Shown here: positions 28,466 through 37,602 of the stretch, in pieces
How positions within the stretch are numbered: the stretch's first letter is position 1
How the letters are laid out: every line of letters starts with the position of its first letter
DNA from: a virus
Lineage: Duplodnaviria > Heunggongvirae > Uroviricota > Caudoviricetes
IMG/VR virus record: IMGVR_UViG_3300035701_000014
Direction: 5' to 3' (one strand)
DNA length: 64,000 nt
The notes under the pieces: model-generated
Told to the model about the DNA's origin: nothing
Seen by the model: only the letters and a program-made list of their open reading frames with translations
Databases searched by the model: none
Position numbers and translations under genes: made by a program

Positions 28466-29878
28466 ATGAAATTCAATAAGAGAAATGAATCAGAAAAGAT
28501 TCCGAACTATGAAGGAGTGGATGCGTATGTCGAGACTCCAGAGCTCGAGCTCGTGTCCGTGTTGATGACATCCTTCGTGAAAGACCAGTTCTATAGGAGC
28601 GAAAGCGAGGTTCTGACCAAACTGAAGGAGCTCGTCTCAAAGGTCAAGAACAAGAAATTCATAGCTCAGGCAGCAATCTATGCAAGGACAGAATTCGGCA
28701 TGAGGTCAGTCACCCACGTGGTTGCTGGAGAGCTTGCACATGAAGTCAAGGGAGAGGCATGGATGAAGAACTTCTTCAACAAGGTAGTGCACAGACCAGA
28801 TGACATCATGGAGATTCTTACCTATTACATGCATGCATACGGCAAGCCAATTCCAAACTCAATGAAGAAAGGTCTTGCGATGTCATTCAGCAAGTTCAAT
28901 GAATACCAGCTTGCAAAATACAGGGGCGAGCAGGGAGAGCTCAAGCTGCTCGATGCAGTCAACTTGCTGCACCCAAAGCCAACAAAGGACAACAAGAAAG
29001 CATTGGAGAAACTCATGAGCGGGAAGCTGAAGGGAAAGGACACTTGGGAAGTCAAGCTCACAAAGGCAGGTCAGGAAGCGGAGACCGAAGAAGAGAAGGC
29101 AGAGTTGAAAGGCAAGGCATGGAAAGACTTGATTAAAGAGAAAAAGATTGGCTACTTCGCACTATTGAGAAACCTGAGAAACATCCTTGAGCAAGCACCA
29201 GAAGTGAAGAAAGAGGCTCTGGACTTGCTGACTGACAAGGAGCTAATCGGAAAATCCCTAGTGCTGCCGTTCAGGTTCTCAACTGCGGTAAAGCAGATTA
29301 GCGACACAGCCACAGTCAAAGCCATCAACAAGGCTGCAGACATCAGCTTGAGCAACGTGCCGAAGTTCAAGGGGAAGACGGTAATCATGCAGGACGTGTC
29401 AAGCTCAATGGAAGGAAGAACGATGGAAATCGCAGCCCTCTTCGCAGCAGTCCTGTTCAAAGCAAATGAGGCTGATGTCATCCAGTTCGAGTCTCAGGCA
29501 GAGTATAAGAAAGGCTTGAACCCAGATGATTCAGTCCTGTCACTCGCAGAGAAGCTCGAGCTGTCAACTGGTGGAACTAACCTGAATGACGCATACAGGA
29601 TACTGAACAAGCCATACGACAGGATAATCATCCTTTCAGACATGCAGAACTGGGTGGAAGGCGAGACCCCAGACGAAGAGTTCAGGGACTACAAGAAAAA
29701 GTTCAAGGCAGACCCATACATCTATTCATTCGACCTTGCAGGCTACGGGACATTGCAGTTCCCAGAGAGGAAAGTCTATGCACTCGCAGGATTCTCGGAG
29801 AAGGTCTTCGACGTAATGAGATTCCTCGAGGAAGACAAGAATGCGATGATTAACGTCATCAAGGCAGTGGAGCTCTAA
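28466..29878 (+). CDS. Ro60-like TROVE + vWA domain protein
   Basis: 470 aa; C-terminal vWA with MIDAS DVSSSM (DxSxS); about 300-aa N-terminal domain of the length expected for TROVE; architecture matches Ro60/Rsr (from memory). Confidence 0.5.
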   Translation: MKFNKRNESEKIPNYEGVDAYVETPELELVSVLMTSFVKDQFYRSESEVLTKLKELVSKVKNKKFIAQAAIYARTEFGMRSVTHVVAGELAHEVKGEAWMKNFFNKVVHRPDDIMEILTYYMHAYGKPIPNSMKKGLAMSFSKFNEYQLAKYRGEQGELKLLDAVNLLHPKPTKDNKKALEKLMSGKLKGKDTWEVKLTKAGQEAETEEEKAELKGKAWKDLIKEKKIGYFALLRNLRNILEQAPEVKKEALDLLTDKELIGKSLVLPFRFSTAVKQISDTATVKAINKAADISLSNVPKFKGKTVIMQDVSSSMEGRTMEIAALFAAVLFKANEADVIQFESQAEYKKGLNPDDSVLSLAEKLELSTGGTNLNDAYRILNKPYDRIIILSDMQNWVEGETPDEEFRDYKKKFKADPYIYSFDLAGYGTLQFPERKVYALAGFSEKVFDVMRFLEEDKNAMINVIKAVEL

Positions 29879-29905
29879 GCTCCTTTTCCTTTTCTTTTTT
29901 GTTTA
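29861..29905 (+). terminator. hairpin plus T-rich tract after the Ro60-like gene
   Basis: GGAGCTCTAAGCTCC followed by TTTTCCTTTTCTTTTTTGTTT. Confidence 0.4.
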
Positions 29906-29969
29906 AAAAAATCGAGAAGAAGCGATAGTATTAAAAACCACCATAGTTATAGATATTACCAGTGATGAA

Positions 29970-30302
29970 TTGAAAAAGGACACCCCCGACGTTAGGAAGC
30001 ATGAGCATATCTTCTTACATGTCAGATGGAGCAGCATTGCTGCCACCATCTCCATCGGATATGTCATTACTTCATTGGTCGCTATCTGCGGGATGTTCAT
30101 GGCGATTTTGGAACACTGGTTCATACCCGTATTATTGAGTCTCACGAATCTTGAGGGCAAACCTTTCTTTTCTTCTGGTTCTGGTTTCGAAATAATAGCC
30201 CTTATCTGGTTGGGCATCATTTCTATTCTTTGGATTTTCGGGGGCATAATTCTATTCGGATGGCTTAAAGCAACTTACAAAATAGAAGAGGAGGCGAGGT
30301 GA
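29970..30302 (+). CDS. membrane protein
   Basis: ORF track 110 aa, 3-4 hydrophobic helices. Confidence 0.4.
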   Translation: MKKDTPDVRKHEHIFLHVRWSSIAATISIGYVITSLVAICGMFMAILEHWFIPVLLSLTNLEGKPFFSSGSGFEIIALIWLGIISILWIFGGIILFGWLKATYKIEEEAR

Positions 30303-30306
30303 TATT

Positions 30307-30462
30307 TTGCCAGAAGAGAAAGATTCAGATTATGAAACAATCTCAATCAAGCGTGATTTGAAGAGAAGGATTGAAAAGCTCGGCAATAAAGGTGAGAAAT
30401 GGTCTCCATTATTGGAGCGTCTGATATTCAAAGAAAAAAATCATAAGGAGGCGGTGAGATGA
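30307..30462 (+). CDS. ribbon-helix-helix (CopG/Arc-like) small DNA-binding protein, TTG start (not in ORF track)
   Basis: my translation: LPEEKDSDYETISIKRDLKRRIEKLGNKGEKWSPLLERLIFKEKNHKEAVR; beta-strand then two helices, typical of RHH; stop overlaps the next start. Confidence 0.35.
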   Translation: MPEEKDSDYETISIKRDLKRRIEKLGNKGEKWSPLLERLIFKEKNHKEAVR

Positions 30463-30653
30463 GTGAGAGATATTGGATAACAGGTGCTCAGTTAGGATTG
30501 CTCCAAGTTGCAGCAACCGAAGAATCAAGGAAGTTTGTGATAGATAACATTATAGACAAACAGTTCATCTGCAATTGTTTTACTGAAGAGGCAAAGAAGA
30601 AGTTTGAAGAAGAAGTCGAAAAACTTGCTAAAGGAGTTGGGGAGGGTGCATGA
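30459..30653 (+). CDS. hypothetical small protein
   Basis: ORF track 64 aa. Confidence 0.35.
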   Translation: MSERYWITGAQLGLLQVAATEESRKFVIDNIIDKQFICNCFTEEAKKKFEEEVEKLAKGVGEGA

Positions 30654-31464
30654 AATGCCAGAAGGTGAATTAAAAAACATTCCGATTTCGGACATACTTG
30701 TTTTGGAGAACATACGCTCTAGACTCGACTTGGATGACCTGACATCGCTCATGATGAGCCTAAAGCAAAATGGATTGCTGCAGCCTGTGGGTGTCTATAA
30801 AAAGCGTGATAGTAATAAATACATCTTGAATTGGGGTCACAGGAGATTTGAAGCAGCCAATAAGCTGGGCTGGAAGACCATACCAGCGATGGTATCGAAC
30901 ATAGAGCTTTCTGAGGACGAATTTCTTATTTTAAATGCAATCGAGAATCTCCAGAGGAAGGACAATTCGCCAGTGGAGTTCGGCAGGATTTGTGCAAGGC
31001 TGAAAGAGGATTTCAACTTGTCTGTCAGCGAGATTGCTGCACGGTTGTCAGTCCCGAAGGGCAAGGTCACAAGGGCTATAGAAATCTATTCAAAAGTCCC
31101 GAAAGAACTGCAGCACATAATCGGCTACAGGATTGGCGGGGCAATACCGACTGGAAAGGTATCAGCCACTACCGCAAATGAAATACTGCGTCTGCATCTA
31201 ACTCAGGAAGTTACCACGAACCTTTTCAATGAGGCAAGGAGAAACGAGCTCGGGGTCAAGGACATAAGGCTGATTGGAATAATGATTCAGTCTGGCTCTA
31301 GCCTGCAGGATGCATTGGAAGAGCACCAGAAATACAAGCTGAAGACTGCGTTCCTAGCAGTAAACAAAAAGAAGTGGAAGAGCATCGAAGATTCGCAAGA
31401 TATAACATTCACCGATTTCCTGAGAAAGCTTGTGAAGGGTTACGACAGGGGATTGGTAAAGTAA
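30604..31464 (+). CDS. ParB-like (ParB/Srx N-terminal domain) protein, copy 1
   Basis: 286 aa (TTG start in track; ATG at 30655); NWGHRRFEAANKLGW. Confidence 0.6.
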   Translation: MKKKSKNLLKELGRVHEMPEGELKNIPISDILVLENIRSRLDLDDLTSLMMSLKQNGLLQPVGVYKKRDSNKYILNWGHRRFEAANKLGWKTIPAMVSNIELSEDEFLILNAIENLQRKDNSPVEFGRICARLKEDFNLSVSEIAARLSVPKGKVTRAIEIYSKVPKELQHIIGYRIGGAIPTGKVSATTANEILRLHLTQEVTTNLFNEARRNELGVKDIRLIGIMIQSGSSLQDALEEHQKYKLKTAFLAVNKKKWKSIEDSQDITFTDFLRKLVKGYDRGLVK

Positions 31465-31486
31465 AAATAATAAAGGAGGGATATAG

Positions 31487-32284
31487 ATGAAATATGAATT
31501 GAAAGATGTCCCAATATCCAGCGTCAAGGTATTGGAAAACATAAGGTCGAGAACAGAACCTGCAGACCTCGCCCCGTTGATGGAATCGATTAAGCAGCAT
31601 GGTCTGCTCGCACCAATTGGGGTCTATCCCGAGAAGGGCGAATATATAGTGAGTTGGGGGCACAGGAGACTCGAAGCATGCAGGAAATTGGGTTGGACAA
31701 TAATTCCCGCAGTAGTTCTTGATGAAAAGCTTTCCTATACGGATTTCCTGCTCAAAAATGCGATAGAGAATTTGCACAGGCAGGACAATAGCCCTACAGA
31801 GCTCGGCAGGGTTATAGAGAGGCTGAAGACTGAATGCGAAATGTCAAATGGGGAAATTGCAGTCAGGCTCTCAATGCCAAAAGGCACTGTAGAAAAGTTC
31901 CTGAGAATATACCGTGAGCTCCCAGAAAGCGTGCATAAGGACATAGGCACAAGAGGGAGAGGGCAGAGAACTGTGGTCGGCAAATCATCGGCGACTCTCG
32001 CAAATAGAATCGCCCAGATGAGAATGTCAAGACCCGACAAAGCGAAGTTCATAGAATTCGCAAGGAGTGAAGAGCTCTCGGTAAACGAGCTGCATATCAT
32101 CGAGACGCTGGTTAGAGGGGGCATGACAATCGAACAGGCAGTTAAAGAGAGGGAGAACTGGATTCCGAAGACCGCACATATTGCAGTGAAGAAAAAGAGA
32201 TGGGAGAAACTTTCACAGGAAATGAACTGGGAAGAGTTTGTATGCAAGGCAATCAAGGCATACGACAGGGCACTTCTAGTTTGA
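31487..32284 (+). CDS. ParB-like (ParB/Srx N-terminal domain) protein, copy 2 (tandem paralog)
   Basis: 265 aa; VSWGHRRLEACRKLGW; collinear with copy 1. Confidence 0.6.
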   Translation: MKYELKDVPISSVKVLENIRSRTEPADLAPLMESIKQHGLLAPIGVYPEKGEYIVSWGHRRLEACRKLGWTIIPAVVLDEKLSYTDFLLKNAIENLHRQDNSPTELGRVIERLKTECEMSNGEIAVRLSMPKGTVEKFLRIYRELPESVHKDIGTRGRGQRTVVGKSSATLANRIAQMRMSRPDKAKFIEFARSEELSVNELHIIETLVRGGMTIEQAVKERENWIPKTAHIAVKKKRWEKLSQEMNWEEFVCKAIKAYDRALLV

Positions 32285-32293
32285 GGTGAGACA

Positions 32294-32626
32294 ATGGAAG
32301 TGTATGTTAAGTTCAACAACGGGAAGGTAGGCTGGATTCCATTAGAATCAATTCTGCCTGCTGGAACGAAACCACCGATGCCAAAGAAGAAACATATCCC
32401 AGAACAGATACTTGAAGCTTTGGAGCTTGCCGAGAAGGCTAACACGCCATTGACAAAGATGCAACTAGCAAATGATACGGGGATAAAAGAAGGAACGCTG
32501 AATGTCTCCCTTCTCGACTTATATAGAAAAGGAATAGTGAAAAGGATACCAGCAACTCAGAATGGGCATCTGGTATTCCAGTATGCTATGGATAGGAGTA
32601 TCGATAAGAGCAAGGTGGAACAATGA
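32294..32626 (+). CDS. winged-helix DNA-binding protein
   Basis: 110 aa; TKMQLANDTGIKEGTLNVSLLDLYRKGIVKRI. Confidence 0.4.
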   Translation: MEVYVKFNNGKVGWIPLESILPAGTKPPMPKKKHIPEQILEALELAEKANTPLTKMQLANDTGIKEGTLNVSLLDLYRKGIVKRIPATQNGHLVFQYAMDRSIDKSKVEQ

Positions 32627-33801
32627 CCGAAGCGTTTTATTACATTGTAGCCCTCTTCATTTTTGGAGGAATCATAGTAACGAAACCAGACCTCCTTTCA
32701 GAAGCCTTGAGTTTCCTAGGGGTCTTGGGCGGGTATTTTTCTGATATTTTTTCGAATCTGAATTCGGCAAATAAAGCTGCAAATAGAAATGTTGTTAAGC
32801 TAAAAAAAAGAGGTGAGATTGTGCCAGAGGAATCAGGTAATGTATTAAAAATAGTCTTTGCGGTTGTAGCAGGAATCTTCCTGTTATGGTTTGCATCGCA
32901 ATGTATAGAGAGGATAGACACGGGTTACAAAGGAGTGATATACAATGCGTGGTCTGGACTTGATGAACAAACAACATGGGACAGTGGATGGCATCTGAAA
33001 GTTCCGATACTGCAGAGCATCACCAATGTGCCAATATCGAGGCAAACCGTGAATATGTATGGGGTCAACTTTGACAAGGATTGCAAGCCATACCCTGATT
33101 GCGATGACATGGCAATCCAAGTGCCAAGCAAGGAAGGGTTGATAATAACCGTAGATGTTACGGTATTCTTCAGAGTCAACCCTGCCAAAACACCGCAGGT
33201 TGTGAAGCAATTGACAATGAACTATAAGGAAGGGACAGTCATGCCACTCATGAGAAGTGTCGTGAGGGATGTGGCTGGTCAGATGACAATAACAGAACTC
33301 TACGGGTCAGGCAGGGAAAAGCTGGAATCGGAAATGACTACAAGACTAACGGAATATATGAACAAGGACAACCTGATACTAGAGGGAGTCTTGATAAGGG
33401 ATGTCGAGATGCCTGCACAGATAAAGCAATCAATCCAAGACAAGATGACTGCGGAGCAGACAAGTCTTCAGAAGGACTACGAAATCCAGATTGCCCAGAA
33501 GGAGGCAAACAGAACTGTTACAGAGGCAAAAGGAAGAGCCGATGCTGCTGCATTGCAGAAGACCATTGATGCACAGGCACAGGCAACTGCCACAGTCTTG
33601 ACAGCTCAGGCAAATGCAAACAAGACCATTCTGGAAGGATTGGCTCAGGCACAAGCTATAGAGGCAATCAACAAGCAACTCGCACAGAGTCCACAATATG
33701 TGCAACTGAGGTATGCAGAGCAGTGGGACGGTAAGCTTCCGTTGTATATGCTAGGAGGCGCACTCCCATTGATTAACATACCGACGAATGCAACAAGATG
33801 A
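32623..33801 (+). CDS. SPFH/band-7 (stomatin/prohibitin-like) membrane protein
   Basis: 392 aa; N-terminal TM, SPFH-like core (YNAWSGLDEQ..GWHLKVPILQSI..), Ala/Gln-rich coiled-coil C-terminus. Confidence 0.5.
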   Translation: MTEAFYYIVALFIFGGIIVTKPDLLSEALSFLGVLGGYFSDIFSNLNSANKAANRNVVKLKKRGEIVPEESGNVLKIVFAVVAGIFLLWFASQCIERIDTGYKGVIYNAWSGLDEQTTWDSGWHLKVPILQSITNVPISRQTVNMYGVNFDKDCKPYPDCDDMAIQVPSKEGLIITVDVTVFFRVNPAKTPQVVKQLTMNYKEGTVMPLMRSVVRDVAGQMTITELYGSGREKLESEMTTRLTEYMNKDNLILEGVLIRDVEMPAQIKQSIQDKMTAEQTSLQKDYEIQIAQKEANRTVTEAKGRADAAALQKTIDAQAQATATVLTAQANANKTILEGLAQAQAIEAINKQLAQSPQYVQLRYAEQWDGKLPLYMLGGALPLINIPTNATR

Positions 33802-33832
33802 AATAACGAAATAAAAGATTGCAGTATGCGAG

Positions 33833-34285
33833 GTGATTCGCATGAAAGCCGAAATCCTCCAAGCAATGGGGGTAGAGATAAAGCAGCGTGACGGTAGGCA
33901 TACATGGGGTGATGTGAAACTGCATGAGCGGGCATGGACAATCATCTCCATAGTGGTTGTCCTCGCAGCAGTTGCCTTTATATACCACATCAGCGAGCTC
34001 CTCATCCCAGCCATTCTGATAGCAATCATTGGCTATAAACTTGTATCAGATAGGCTCGTGGAGCTTGACAAGGAAGCGGGGCTTCAGAAACAACTGGGTG
34101 ACACACTCGAGTCCAAAAGGAAATGGGCTGAGGAACAAGAAAAGGAGCAGGAAAGGCGGAGAAGCAATTATGCCCCAAACCATTCATGCGATGAATGTGC
34201 ATATTGGGTCGAAAAAACTGGATGTGAAAAGGGAATAACTGTCTTCGTAAGACCTTACGGATGCAAGGAATTCAAGAAGAGATGA
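33833..34285 (+). CDS. membrane protein with C-terminal Cys cluster
   Basis: ORF track 150 aa. Confidence 0.4.
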   Translation: MIRMKAEILQAMGVEIKQRDGRHTWGDVKLHERAWTIISIVVVLAAVAFIYHISELLIPAILIAIIGYKLVSDRLVELDKEAGLQKQLGDTLESKRKWAEEQEKEQERRRSNYAPNHSCDECAYWVEKTGCEKGITVFVRPYGCKEFKKR

Positions 34286-34764
34286 GACGAATGATTATAT
34301 CAAGAATTGTGAAATGGATGAACGAAGCCGATTTCGCAATATGGAGACTTTATATTTTCTGTTTTCTTTTTGCAGGGCTTATAGTAGGGATAATCTATGG
34401 TGTTCTCTCCCCGCTTTGGGTTTCCATACCTGTAATCCTAGTCATGTCCGAAGTCATATTCTACCTAGACAAGGGCAGACCTAACGAAGATGAAGATGCC
34501 TTTACTTTCACACTCTGGAGGAAGTTGGAGGCGATAATTGATTCCCTCATAATTGTAGTCTATGCGATGGGTATCGTAATCCTATCAGAAAAGATTGACT
34601 TCTACGCAATTCTTGAAAGTAACTTCCCCGCAATAATGCAGGCAATCTACTGGATAGGCTCAGTTGTGCTCGTAGTCCTCGGCATAGCAGTCTGGGTATG
34701 GCTGAATTCGTTGAGATACAGAAAGAAAGATTCGAAGAAACCGAAGTTGTCACATAAGAGGTGA
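34261..34764 (+). CDS. polytopic membrane protein
   Basis: ORF track 167 aa. Confidence 0.4.
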   Translation: MQGIQEEMRRMIISRIVKWMNEADFAIWRLYIFCFLFAGLIVGIIYGVLSPLWVSIPVILVMSEVIFYLDKGRPNEDEDAFTFTLWRKLEAIIDSLIIVVYAMGIVILSEKIDFYAILESNFPAIMQAIYWIGSVVLVVLGIAVWVWLNSLRYRKKDSKKPKLSHKR

Positions 34765-34770
34765 GCTGAC

Positions 34771-34986
34771 ATGGAAAAAGAAAAGATTGTCATAACAAAG
34801 GTTGATTGGATTGGGCTAATCCTATCGCTGGGAATATTTTTCTGGGGGAGTTTTGCAATTGGTATACTCCATGCACATATACTCGCCTATATATTTGGAC
34901 TTTTTGTCGGGGGCACTACGATGTTCATGTTGGGATGGCTCAATGTTTTCAAAGAATACGAAGTGGAAGCTAACGAGGTGAAATGA
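34771..34986 (+). CDS. small membrane protein
   Basis: ORF track 71 aa. Confidence 0.35.
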   Translation: MEKEKIVITKVDWIGLILSLGIFFWGSFAIGILHAHILAYIFGLFVGGTTMFMLGWLNVFKEYEVEANEVK

Positions 34987-35354
34987 TGAACAAGCTATGG
35001 ATTCTTATATTGCTGGTCGGGCTGATGACTTTTGGGTGCGTGCATATTCTTACGCCATCGCAGGGAACACATACTGGTTATATAACCGAAGCGGGCTATG
35101 AGGGTCTAGTTTGGAGGACGCATTATATCAAGCTAGTAGATGCCCATTTCGCAACTTATTCCCAGAGCAGCAGCTCAGACCAAGGCTGGTGGTATTATGG
35201 AATTGATGAAGGCAATCTGGCAATTTTCAACAAGGCATCTGCATTCCAAAAGAACAACACCCTTGTCACAATCACCTACAGATGCGATTTCTGGACGTGG
35301 TATTGGGAGAGGTCGGAAGGCTGTATAGCCACAGATGTAAGTGCATCAACATAG
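34983..35354 (+). CDS. secreted or lipoprotein-like protein
   Basis: 123 aa; N-terminal MMNKLWILILLVGLMTFGC signal/lipobox-like. Confidence 0.4.
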   Translation: MMNKLWILILLVGLMTFGCVHILTPSQGTHTGYITEAGYEGLVWRTHYIKLVDAHFATYSQSSSSDQGWWYYGIDEGNLAIFNKASAFQKNNTLVTITYRCDFWTWYWERSEGCIATDVSAST

Positions 35355-35357
35355 GAG

Positions 35358-35558
35358 ATGATTGGAATGAAAGAAGAATTATTCGCAACCATAGAAGTAA
35401 ATCCAAAATGGCGTATTGAACATAATGAAACTTTGCTCCATAGAATTTACGACATTATCAATGACAAAGCGAAGGAAATGCATCCATTAACAGAAGCAGA
35501 AATGCTGATACAGGCTATAATCGAATTTGAATTTTACCGATATGATGATAAGAGGTGA
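35358..35558 (+). CDS. hypothetical small protein
   Basis: ORF track 66 aa. Confidence 0.35.
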   Translation: MIGMKEELFATIEVNPKWRIEHNETLLHRIYDIINDKAKEMHPLTEAEMLIQAIIEFEFYRYDDKR

Positions 35559-35563
35559 TTTGA

Positions 35564-35818
35564 ATGGAAGATTGGGAAGCATTTATGGTCTTTATCCTTA
35601 TTGCAGGACTACTGATTTCCCTAGGATTTATAATAGGGCAAGGGACTATGCCAAAGCCAAATCCACGAATGATAGCGATGTATTTCAATATGAGTGATTG
35701 CAAAGTTACCGATGGTTTTCTGCTCTATTATTGCAAAACAAAGCCATCAAGCAACTACCAATGTTTCTTCTATGACCGCAGTTCTGACATACTTGCAGAG
35801 TCCAGTAAATGTTCATGA
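35564..35818 (+). CDS. small membrane protein
   Basis: ORF track 84 aa. Confidence 0.35.
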   Translation: MEDWEAFMVFILIAGLLISLGFIIGQGTMPKPNPRMIAMYFNMSDCKVTDGFLLYYCKTKPSSNYQCFFYDRSSDILAESSKCS

Positions 35819-35841
35819 TTGATAAAACGGAGGTAGATTGA

Positions 35842-36216
35842 ATGGAAAACGAAAAAATATTGGAACTGAGGGACAAGATTGTAGAGCGTGGGATGCAATC
35901 AATGAAGGATGAAATGAGAAAGCCCATCAGGGAAGGCGGGATAGTAGGATTCGAAATCAGCAAGACTCTCAAGACCAGAGAAGAATATGAGGAAAAAATC
36001 AAGGAGCTACGTGAGAAGACCTTCAAGCTATTCATGGCGACACCATTCCCGACGCAGAAGCAGACAGACGAATACTGGTATTACAAGAGTATCCTTCTGC
36101 AGGTCGAGTTCGTATATGAGAGGCTCAGCGTTCTTTGGGGTAATGTCCCTAGTCTTTCAGCTCATGCAGTGATTGATATAAACGAACTGATGAAGGAAGA
36201 GGAGGCATCAGCGTGA
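35842..36216 (+). CDS. hypothetical protein
   Basis: ORF track 124 aa. Confidence 0.4.
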   Translation: MENEKILELRDKIVERGMQSMKDEMRKPIREGGIVGFEISKTLKTREEYEEKIKELREKTFKLFMATPFPTQKQTDEYWYYKSILLQVEFVYERLSVLWGNVPSLSAHAVIDINELMKEEEASA

Positions 36217-36398
36217 AAGACGAGAAAGAAAGATTCTTCAGAGTCTATCCAAACGTGCCATTGCAGGAGAGGAACTTGACTTGCGTTGTGATAGATGACG
36301 AACCAATCAGTTGGCATCTTGCAAGATTGTATATAGAGGGAAATACGGAACTGGGAGATAGGATATTGACAAAGTTGTCGGAGTTGGATATAATATGA
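36213..36398 (+). CDS. hypothetical small protein
   Basis: ORF track 61 aa. Confidence 0.3.
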   Translation: MKDEKERFFRVYPNVPLQERNLTCVVIDDEPISWHLARLYIEGNTELGDRILTKLSELDII

Positions 36399-36796
36399 AA
36401 TTCTCAGACAATCATAACAACAAACTTTCTTGTATTATCTTCACTACCTATAGGAAATGGGATAAAGATAAGGAAAAATATTACAGGAGTAAGATTGGTC
36501 AATGCGAAACAGTCTATCTCAAAGGGAGTTCTCTTCATGCAAGGCATGTCATCAAATCAGTCAGGAAGACAAGGTTAAAGGATGAGCCCATAGAGCTCCT
36601 GCAGGTGGATACTGGAGCAGATGACCCGCTCAAATTCTTCGAAGACCATTTCAAGATAAAGCCTACTGACCCAGTTCTGATAATGACTGTAAAGAAAGAA
36701 GAGAAAATAAAAGAAGAAAAAGAGTCTGATAAAAAAGAGGAAGACCCCATAATAACGATTGAGGAGATGGAAGGTAGGGAGGAATTCCCATTGTAG
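36395..36796 (+). CDS. hypothetical protein with acidic K/E-rich tail
   Basis: ORF track 133 aa. Confidence 0.4.
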   Translation: MKFSDNHNNKLSCIIFTTYRKWDKDKEKYYRSKIGQCETVYLKGSSLHARHVIKSVRKTRLKDEPIELLQVDTGADDPLKFFEDHFKIKPTDPVLIMTVKKEEKIKEEKESDKKEEDPIITIEEMEGREEFPL

Positions 36797-37216
36797 GTGA
36801 CTGATATGCATGCAATAATAGCAGGTTTGAAGAGAAAGTTCGCAGGCTCTCCGCAAAAAGAGAAGCCAAAGGAAATAGAAAAGCCGAAGTTTGACGAGGG
36901 AGATGCAATCGAAGCAAGTATGATGTATGACCTATCCGCCAGAGAACGCCAGATAGCGAAATTGGAAGGTCAGCATATAGCCTATGGTTGGGAGACATAT
37001 TACAGAGGAGTGCGTATCGGGAAGAAACTGCTTGCAGAAGCTCTGAGGTCAGAAGTGCTAAACTGTAAAGCTATAGCTTCTTGGGCAGGAACAGAACCAT
37101 TCTATTACCCAAGAGCTTCAAAAGGCTTCAAGCTCGATGACCTCGAGAAGGAAGTCGAGATGATACGGGCTGCAGTGCAGAAGAAGATGCAGAAGCAGAA
37201 GAAGGTGAGAAAATGA
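36797..37216 (+). CDS. hypothetical protein
   Basis: ORF track 139 aa. Confidence 0.4.
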   Translation: MTDMHAIIAGLKRKFAGSPQKEKPKEIEKPKFDEGDAIEASMMYDLSARERQIAKLEGQHIAYGWETYYRGVRIGKKLLAEALRSEVLNCKAIASWAGTEPFYYPRASKGFKLDDLEKEVEMIRAAVQKKMQKQKKVRK

Positions 37217-37497
37217 GTTATCTAGCTGGATTAGGAATGATAATTTTTATAGCTCTAGTCCTGTTCGGTGCTGAAATATATTACGTAGAAAGTTCAAATG
37301 ACATCACTGGGATAGTCGCAAGCAAAGACCCGAACATGATACGCTTCGTAGGAGGGAGGAGTGTAACGGTATGGTCTGGGGACAAGGATAAAATCAAGGT
37401 CGGGCAGGAATGCACTATAAAGACAAGCAATTTCCATCTGGATTATGTTTCATGCGTTCCAATCAACATTTCAATTAGAGAGGTTGATGGGTCATGA
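37213..37497 (+). CDS. small membrane-anchored protein
   Basis: ORF track 94 aa. Confidence 0.35.
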   Translation: MSYLAGLGMIIFIALVLFGAEIYYVESSNDITGIVASKDPNMIRFVGGRSVTVWSGDKDKIKVGQECTIKTSNFHLDYVSCVPINISIREVDGS

Positions 37498-37602
37498 ATC
37501 ATAGAATCAGGCAATTCAAAAGATGGTATGGACGGAATGAAGATTTGATACTGTTGATAATCCTGACAGTATTGCCAAAAATATGAACTATGAGGTGAGA
37601 CA

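Noticed and set aside
28006-28476. Track ORFs 28006..28260(-) and 28261..28476(-) upstream of the Ro60-like gene
   Set aside because: They are antisense to the operon direction and lie over tandem stem-loop repeats with compensatory changes, so this is more likely structured RNA or regulatory DNA.
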